Assembly (NCBI GenBank): GCA_002811645.1
Contig: PDIP01000075.1
Location: 111,376-157,267 of the forward strand
DNA length: 45,892 bases
Direction of reading: 5' to 3'
DNA from: Corallochytrium limacisporum Hawaii
Taxonomy: Eukaryota > Protista > Pluriformea
Shown here: piece by piece, positions 40,719-45,892 of the stretch
Layout of the letters: each line of letters starts with the position of its first letter
How positions within the stretch are numbered: the stretch's first letter is position 1
Program-made: the position numbers and the translations under genes
The notes under the pieces: generated by a model
Told to the model about the DNA's origin: nothing
Seen by the model: only the letters and a program-made list of their open reading frames with translations
Database searches by the model: none

Positions 40719-43700
40719 ATGGCCGACTCGGAGGCGGGTCTGATACCAACACCGGAACGACCAAGACTACCCAAGAAACCACCAAAGAGATCTTCTGGGT
40801 CTAATGATGATGTCCTGAGTAACTTCATAAGCAGACTCAAGAGGCGAATATCTTCCCTGTGGGTGCCACAGTTGGCACCTGCGAGCTCGAAGTCCGGTCC
40901 TTCGTCCGGAGCGGATAGAAAAAAGCCGGGCTCACGGACCAGGCGTAGTAGCATACGTGCCACCACTTCGGGAGCTGAGGATCGAAAACCAGGGCCGTTC
41001 AAGCGAGGACTAAATTTGTTGCTGGCATTCACAGTTCACTGGACGACATTTGCTTTGCTTTTACTAGGTAGCACTACTCTAGGACTCATGGGTTTCAATC
41101 AGATTGGTATCACCGTCGCATTTGTGGCTGGTGCGCTGGTGGGACTAGTGTTTGTGCTACCTGTTGCATGGAAAAGCAGAGATCCAGAGTTTTATTATCG
41201 CCGTATTGTTGCTGAAAACTCAAAAACATGTGCTCTGTGCATGAGCGAGAATTGCGGGCACTTAAAGATCCTAGATGACAGCAACCCACGAGAACGGCAG
41301 AAACAGATTGAAAAACTCGAAGAACCGCTGATGGTCAGTCCTGCAGCGGATACCGCCATTTCGGGGATGCTGGAACTGATCCTGGAGCAATTTGTGCACA
41401 GTTGGTACGATCAGATGGAAGGCTATACAACTTTTCCTCTGGAACTGCGTCACGGGATGAAGGACATCGCCACGCGGTTGTGCAAGCGGCTGGACCAGGT
41501 CGATCTTCCGTCGCTGATAGTTGGACGGTTGATTCCGATGCTCACAGTTCACGGTGTGTACTTTTCGCGGGAACTGGTTCACCACCAACGCAATACGCGG
41601 GCTGGATACGGCGCATCCACTGCTATCCGTGTGAACGTCGGAGGAAATCGTGAACGACTCTTTCATCGCCATGACATCCAATCAGCCCTGGAAGGTCTAA
41701 GGGACGGCTTGCACATGGGTTTGCGTGCGGATTGGCCACCGAAACAGAGCTTGCCACCGGGATTGCTATCCGATGAGAGCTATGATGGACACGACCTTGC
41801 ACTGCGGACATACCTTCGCACTTCAGTCGATGCGTTTCTGTGGCGACTACTCGATCAGCGATTCCTGTCCAGTCGGGCGGTGCGTGAGTTGGTGCGTGAA
41901 ATTTTGAGCATGTCAGTGATCAGACCAGCGCTGGAATCGCTGGCTCAGCCACGCAATCTTCTGCGACTGGTGCACATGCTCTTCAAACGAATCCATGAGC
42001 GTCAGATATCGAAGATGGGAGACGATACTGATTCGTCCAAATCCTATGACGTCCAGCAGACTGCCGGCGGAGCGATGACCGCAGAAGCATCCAAGACGCA
42101 GACTTTGCGTTTCAAGCCGACAGAGGCTGCACTAGATGTGCATAATCGTGACTCGTCACCCAGCGATCGGTCCCCGTCGCCAACCAGGCAACAATTACCA
42201 CGAATTGCGGAGACATCACCGGCGGGACCAACCCAAGCTGGAGACCGCCTGGATGCTTATTTTGCCAGCACTGGCCTGTCACAGACGGAGACATTGTCCG
42301 GTCCTGCAAAATCTGTGAGCTTCCGCCGCCAAACAAGCATCAAGGATATTTACTACGAACTGTATCCAAATCGAGAGGATCCAGCGTCGCGCCGGGTTGA
42401 GCTATTGGTACGCTTTGCATCGCATCGTCAACATGTGCCCAGTTCTCTGTCCATGACACTACCGGGCATCCTGACTTCGTCCATTGCGCTCTACCATTTC
42501 ATGAAGTACCTGGACGACCTGAGCGCCCTAGACCTGCTCAGCTACTGCATGGGTGTGGAAGAGTATACTGACCTCTATCGCACCAACCGTGCCGACCATT
42601 ACCAACACGAGACTTCTTTCGGCAGCCTCAATGCCTCCTCGCCACCCCGCAGCACCATCCCTTCTTCCCGACTGGGCGTCACGGTAGAAACACTGCAGAC
42701 GCTCTACATGAACTTTCTCAGTCCTGAGAATCACAACCGTGTCGGACTCCCGGACAGTCAACTGCGACCACTGCGTGGCTTGCTACAGAGCATTCCGTAC
42801 TCACAGGTCGAAATTCTTGCCGATCTACCGGACCCTGGCGCCTTCCGACCATCCTATGAGCACTGCTACACCCGTTTGCAGAATGAGTGGTGCCCACTGT
42901 TTCTCAAAAGCGAGTACTTTTTCCGCCTACTCTGTCTGGGCCACCGTTTGGGCGGGAGTGAGGAACCGTTGCTGCGTCGGAAGGGCCCGGCCCACCGTTC
43001 CAGGATCACTCCGTCTCGCGCGGCTGTGAGTCAGCGGAGTCGGCGTGCGGGGAAAGAGCCAAAGGAAACCGCTGCGAAGCTTTTGGTCGGACCACGCAGG
43101 CCCACGACGGCAGGTCGACCGATGAGTAGGAAAGTACGGCACGGGAAAGGACATGAAAAGAAAGGTGGTAGTGTGACAAACCTCGACCGCGATTTGGGCG
43201 CTTTAGGTGACAATGACGAAATCGTAAAGCCCGCAGCCTTAGGTCGAGGCCGGACTGTGTCCGCAGGTACCGCGGAGGCCAAGGCGCAGAGTGAGAATTT
43301 GTTTGCCAGTACCGATTACTACTCGGCGACGACTGAACCTGCTACAGCCCCTGCTGTCCCTGAACATGTCAGCACTAATGGTGATGTATTGAATGCAGGA
43401 CAGCCACCCGTCGAGTCCGCGGCTGGCGAAGATAAAGCTCTCAGCGGCACTGGGACCGGGACCGTTGCTGCTGGCACCGAAAGTCTGAGCGACAGTGGTA
43501 ATTCCAAGTCCCTAATGCGCAACCAGAACGCCCTGACGCTAAGCGGACCCTTGCGTGATCGCCTGGCTCTAAACGTCCCAGATGAATATATTGGGGGCAT
43601 GGGCGACGAGGCACAGGACGGTGACATGCTCGGAGAAGAGTCACAAGCAGAGCCTCCGGAAATCACTGATGAAACGGCGCTCATGGACAGTCCAAGGCGG

Positions 43701-45596
43701 TGGCGTCTGCGCGGGCAAGGATCCAGGAGGAGCGGTACTGGTGTCGGCACCAACTCTGGTGTTGTTGACGATGCCACACAGAGCAGCGGCTTCTTCAGTC
43801 AGTACTTGCCGACATCAATAATGAATTTGGGCGGCTTTGGTGCCTCACCAGCAGACAAGGACAAGGACAACGAGGCGGCCTCCGACGACAGCGAACAGTT
43901 GGGTCAGCATGACTACATCATTTCTATCCCTACTCTCGACGTGACTCGCGATGAATCTCGTCACATTTTTACAATTGACGTCGAGGTGCCTGTGAACGAA
44001 CCGGCTGGATCTCTCCTGGACTACAACACTAGCGACATGGCCAGTGGCACAGTCGATGACCGGAGCATGAATGAGGTTGCGAGCGTGGGAATGGGGACAG
44101 GCCCTGAGCTCTTGGTTGAGGAGCCTACCAGCGGAGTCCCCCTTTCCCGTGAGATGCGTCAACAGTCGCAAATCAGCACCGCGTCCATACCTGTTCCGCT
44201 GTGGAGCGTGGAAGCGCGTGGTCGTCAGCAATCGCAGACTTCATCCCACCTAGCCTTGCCGCCCTCAGCCCTTGAAGAGGATACCGTCGACACGCGCGGT
44301 GCGGGTGTCCAGTCTCAGTACTTGGATCCCCGGGTGTCAGGTGCACCGAACACCATCTCCACAAAACACCGCATCCTCCGCGAGTTTGCTGATTTCCGCA
44401 CCCTTCACCTCAATCTACGGACAGAATTCGGAGATCTGGGCACGGAATTGCCGTCGCGCCACCTCTATGCCGGCCAGCGCAGCAGTGCAGATGCAGAACA
44501 GCTGCGCATTGGCATGGAGGAGTATTTGCTGTCCCTGATGGACATTGAGAAGGTTCGCCACTCCGTTCACATGCGGTCTTTCCTCGAGGACACAGGACGG
44601 CGCTACGGTAGTCGAAACGGCGACAATGGAGAGCGCCTTCCAGACTGGGATCAGCTCGCTAACGAGCCGGAGTCTATCAAATCCAGTCCTTTCATAGATC
44701 GTGAGATGTTGCGCAGGCACGGCGTTGAGCGGCAGAGCGGTGGGCGGCTGGTCAGTCGGGGCTGGTCAAGTGACCTGCCACCGCCAATGACACCACTGGA
44801 CGAGGATGACGACCGCCCACCACACCAACTACAACGTCGGGGCCAAGTTCATGATGATCAGGGCTCCATCCCACCTACCCCGAGGAGCCCGATCTTGTCC
44901 TCTGCAGGTGAGAAACTCATTCGGCGGAACACTGGCCTCGCTGACGACGACACTATCAGTATGCTCTCAATGGGCATGGCGGCGTCGTCATCTGCGGCCC
45001 ACCTCATGCCGGTGCGTATTCCCAGAGTAACTACGGTGCTTGACTGCATCTATCTTGCCACCAAGAACTTGATGCCTGCCACCTTCCATCGTCCGTTGAA
45101 CCAGATGCTCATGAAACTGGGACACCTGCTCATGCCACGTTACCTCAACACGCTGCTTCAAGAAAGTGTCGAATTTGGGCTCGAACAGGCCGCGAGCGAT
45201 GAGTCGATCTCATACCTTTGTGGTCTGCTTGAAGAAGTAATTCGCGATGTCGGACAACCGTCATCTCCAATCGATGGCCCTACGCCCCCCACTCCGCGAG
45301 AGATGCCCGCCGACGACCCTCAGGAGGAAATGACGCTTGAAGAGATGCGTGAAGAGATCATGTATTTGATTATTGAGCTGATCCCCTCCTTTGTCAGCGC
45401 CGTTATCGTTGATAATGAGCTCGAGAAGGCGATCGCAGATGTGCTGAAGGTGCTCAGTGTTGAGGAATGCAACATGCAGCTATTGTTAGGTGCGTACGAC
45501 GTCCTGGTCGCGGCTCTGTTCCCGGAGCTTGAACTCATCGGTATGGAAGCAAACTCCGCCGACCAAGGGTCAGATGAATTCAATGGGCTGGGATGA
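40719..45596 (+). CDS. SNX14: SNX-RGS family sorting nexin (TM-PXA-RGS-PX-NexinC), SNX14-like
   Basis: Two N-terminal TM helices and an SNX14-like CALCMSENCGH motif. PXA (MLELILEQFVHSWY), RGS (LYHFMKYL...WCPLFLKSEYF), PX (ILREFADFRTLHLNL), Nexin_C-like end (NMQLLLGAYDVLVAALFPEL). Confidence 0.85.
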   Translation: MADSEAGLIPTPERPRLPKKPPKRSSGSNDDVLSNFISRLKRRISSLWVPQLAPASSKSGPSSGADRKKPGSRTRRSSIRATTSGAEDRKPGPFKRGLNLLLAFTVHWTTFALLLLGSTTLGLMGFNQIGITVAFVAGALVGLVFVLPVAWKSRDPEFYYRRIVAENSKTCALCMSENCGHLKILDDSNPRERQKQIEKLEEPLMVSPAADTAISGMLELILEQFVHSWYDQMEGYTTFPLELRHGMKDIATRLCKRLDQVDLPSLIVGRLIPMLTVHGVYFSRELVHHQRNTRAGYGASTAIRVNVGGNRERLFHRHDIQSALEGLRDGLHMGLRADWPPKQSLPPGLLSDESYDGHDLALRTYLRTSVDAFLWRLLDQRFLSSRAVRELVREILSMSVIRPALESLAQPRNLLRLVHMLFKRIHERQISKMGDDTDSSKSYDVQQTAGGAMTAEASKTQTLRFKPTEAALDVHNRDSSPSDRSPSPTRQQLPRIAETSPAGPTQAGDRLDAYFASTGLSQTETLSGPAKSVSFRRQTSIKDIYYELYPNREDPASRRVELLVRFASHRQHVPSSLSMTLPGILTSSIALYHFMKYLDDLSALDLLSYCMGVEEYTDLYRTNRADHYQHETSFGSLNASSPPRSTIPSSRLGVTVETLQTLYMNFLSPENHNRVGLPDSQLRPLRGLLQSIPYSQVEILADLPDPGAFRPSYEHCYTRLQNEWCPLFLKSEYFFRLLCLGHRLGGSEEPLLRRKGPAHRSRITPSRAAVSQRSRRAGKEPKETAAKLLVGPRRPTTAGRPMSRKVRHGKGHEKKGGSVTNLDRDLGALGDNDEIVKPAALGRGRTVSAGTAEAKAQSENLFASTDYYSATTEPATAPAVPEHVSTNGDVLNAGQPPVESAAGEDKALSGTGTGTVAAGTESLSDSGNSKSLMRNQNALTLSGPLRDRLALNVPDEYIGGMGDEAQDGDMLGEESQAEPPEITDETALMDSPRRWRLRGQGSRRSGTGVGTNSGVVDDATQSSGFFSQYLPTSIMNLGGFGASPADKDKDNEAASDDSEQLGQHDYIISIPTLDVTRDESRHIFTIDVEVPVNEPAGSLLDYNTSDMASGTVDDRSMNEVASVGMGTGPELLVEEPTSGVPLSREMRQQSQISTASIPVPLWSVEARGRQQSQTSSHLALPPSALEEDTVDTRGAGVQSQYLDPRVSGAPNTISTKHRILREFADFRTLHLNLRTEFGDLGTELPSRHLYAGQRSSADAEQLRIGMEEYLLSLMDIEKVRHSVHMRSFLEDTGRRYGSRNGDNGERLPDWDQLANEPESIKSSPFIDREMLRRHGVERQSGGRLVSRGWSSDLPPPMTPLDEDDDRPPHQLQRRGQVHDDQGSIPPTPRSPILSSAGEKLIRRNTGLADDDTISMLSMGMAASSSAAHLMPVRIPRVTTVLDCIYLATKNLMPATFHRPLNQMLMKLGHLLMPRYLNTLLQESVEFGLEQAASDESISYLCGLLEEVIRDVGQPSSPIDGPTPPTPREMPADDPQEEMTLEEMREEIMYLIIELIPSFVSAVIVDNELEKAIADVLKVLSVEECNMQLLLGAYDVLVAALFPELELIGMEANSADQGSDEFNGLG

Positions 45597-45892
45597 TTCG
45601 TGAGAATCACTACTTCTCAATCAGTCAAATATTCAGTAAAAACTGTACCCTTTTCATCCATCCCGAGAAATATTTGATTGGATTCCGACTTCGTACTAAT
45701 TTTAAGATATTGTTTGCTTCCATAAATCAACGTAAGAATCAACAGCACCCTCAAGGCTCCCCCCCCCCAAACCATGTACCAACCTCTGCCCCATAAGTTA
45801 AGGAGGAATTTAGGTTTATATGGTCGCAACCTTCTTTGAATCAAATAAATCTTATCACATTTGATTTCTTCCCCTTCCCGCCCTTTTCCCGC

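Overview
Gene-dense eukaryotic nuclear DNA with 17 recognisable protein-coding genes: YME1L/FtsH, SMIM20, SF3A2, TEX9, UBAP2L/Lingerer, SRP72, HIBADH, TOLLIP, NSE4, CEP350-like, RNASEK, WS/DGAT, C8orf82-like, ZC3H15, RPL3, DNLZ/Zim17 and SNX14-like. All assignments come from motifs recognised by eye; no database search was run. Sixteen genes have uninterrupted reading frames. The only clear intron lies directly after the RPL3 ATG and has yeast-like signals (GTAAGT...TACTAAC...CAG). An animal-type gene set in a nearly intronless genome suggests an intron-poor unicellular holozoan such as Corallochytrium (inference). The main unexplained signal is non-coding: almost every promoter-containing intergenic region has a polarised C-run then G-run switch (G-quadruplex/quasi-palindrome-like), and clean convergent intergenic regions have none. 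This may be a promoter or origin code, or an assembly artefact tied to promoters. Other oddities: a possible 21-nt micro-intron upstream of SF3A2, a uORF cluster before CEP350, a ~230-aa presequence-like extension on Zim17, a stop-depleted orphan region at 30.2-31.8 kb, and a possible structured ncRNA near 10.5-10.8 kb. No tRNA, rRNA, CRISPR or intact mobile element was seen.
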